A stretch of 63,809 nucleotides of DNA, counting the filler, from Octopus bimaculoides (lineage: Eukaryota), in assembly GCF_001194135.2 (NCBI RefSeq). It is 4 parts of 4 records of this genome, joined end to end, with 100 filler letters (N's around TTAATTAATTAA, not from the genome) between each part and the next. Parts side by side here need not be neighbours in the genome. Positions count along the whole stretch, not along the records: positions 61,426 to 63,809 come from NC_068997.1; 3 more parts are not named here. One strand, 5' to 3'. This document shows, piece by piece, positions 63,422-63,809 of this stretch. Both the position numbers and the translations under genes were made by a program. How positions within the stretch are numbered: position 1 is the stretch's first letter; every line of letters starts with the position of its first letter. The notes below the pieces were generated by a model. The model ran no database searches. It was given only the letters and a program-made list of their open reading frames with translations, and was not told where the DNA came from.

Positions 63422-63809
63422 ATATATTTATATATGTATATATATATATGCATATATATAATGTACACATATTTATTGACACATTGTGGATATTTGCTTT
63501 TGATGAGTGTGCATGCCAGACTGTTGGTGTACTTGAAACCTACCTAGGAAGCAGATTCTCTGAGATCAGACATGGATTCACGAGTGCGCCTCAACTTACT
63601 CATCAAATTAAAAATTGAATTACATAAATATTCCCGTCATTTCTTTTCTTGCAATCGTTGCAAATTAAGAGTTTTAATGCTCCTTTTTCGTTTAACCATG
63701 TGCTTATTATTAAATCAGTATGTAAAGCAATCATTTCCTTTATTCGTTTAAATATCGGCTCTCACATCTGACATTTGGATCAAGGACTAATTCCAGATGC
63801 ACACTGTGT

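Noticed and set aside
1-63809. CRISPR array or prokaryotic-type system
   Set aside because: No regularly spaced repeat-spacer array or operon-like ORFs; the sequence is intron-rich animal DNA.

Overview
AT-rich, repeat-dense animal genomic DNA. It is very probably an Octopus (cephalopod) assembly, inferred from recalled tRNA-derived SINE families and dense (TA)n/(TG)n/(ATT)n microsatellites. There are many N gaps, and three 100-bp scaffold joins carry an artificial TTAATTAATTAA linker. Two host genes are recognisable. The first is an integrin alpha subunit on +, with a clear FG-GAP exon at 6344-6490 and two probable small upstream exons; no downstream exons were found. The second is the 3' end of a fascin gene on -, with exons at 54789-55093 and 42451-42656, a 12.1-kb intron, and a probable ~2.5-kb 3'UTR ending at a canonical poly(A) site near 39.93 kb. 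The rest is mobile-element debris: R4/Dong-type non-LTR fragments tied to (TAA)n, two tandem L1/Tx1-like ORF1 copies, an internally deleted hAT, RTE fragments, MITEs and several SINE families. Three observations stand out. (i) A family of short Penelope-like repeats carries minimal hammerhead-ribozyme folds with covarying stems but non-canonical cores (CUGUUGA, CCGACGA). (ii) SINE copies show strong CpG decay only over the fascin gene body, a likely fossil methylation map. (iii) The integrin gene appears incomplete before it meets fascin. No true tRNA, rRNA or CRISPR array is supported.
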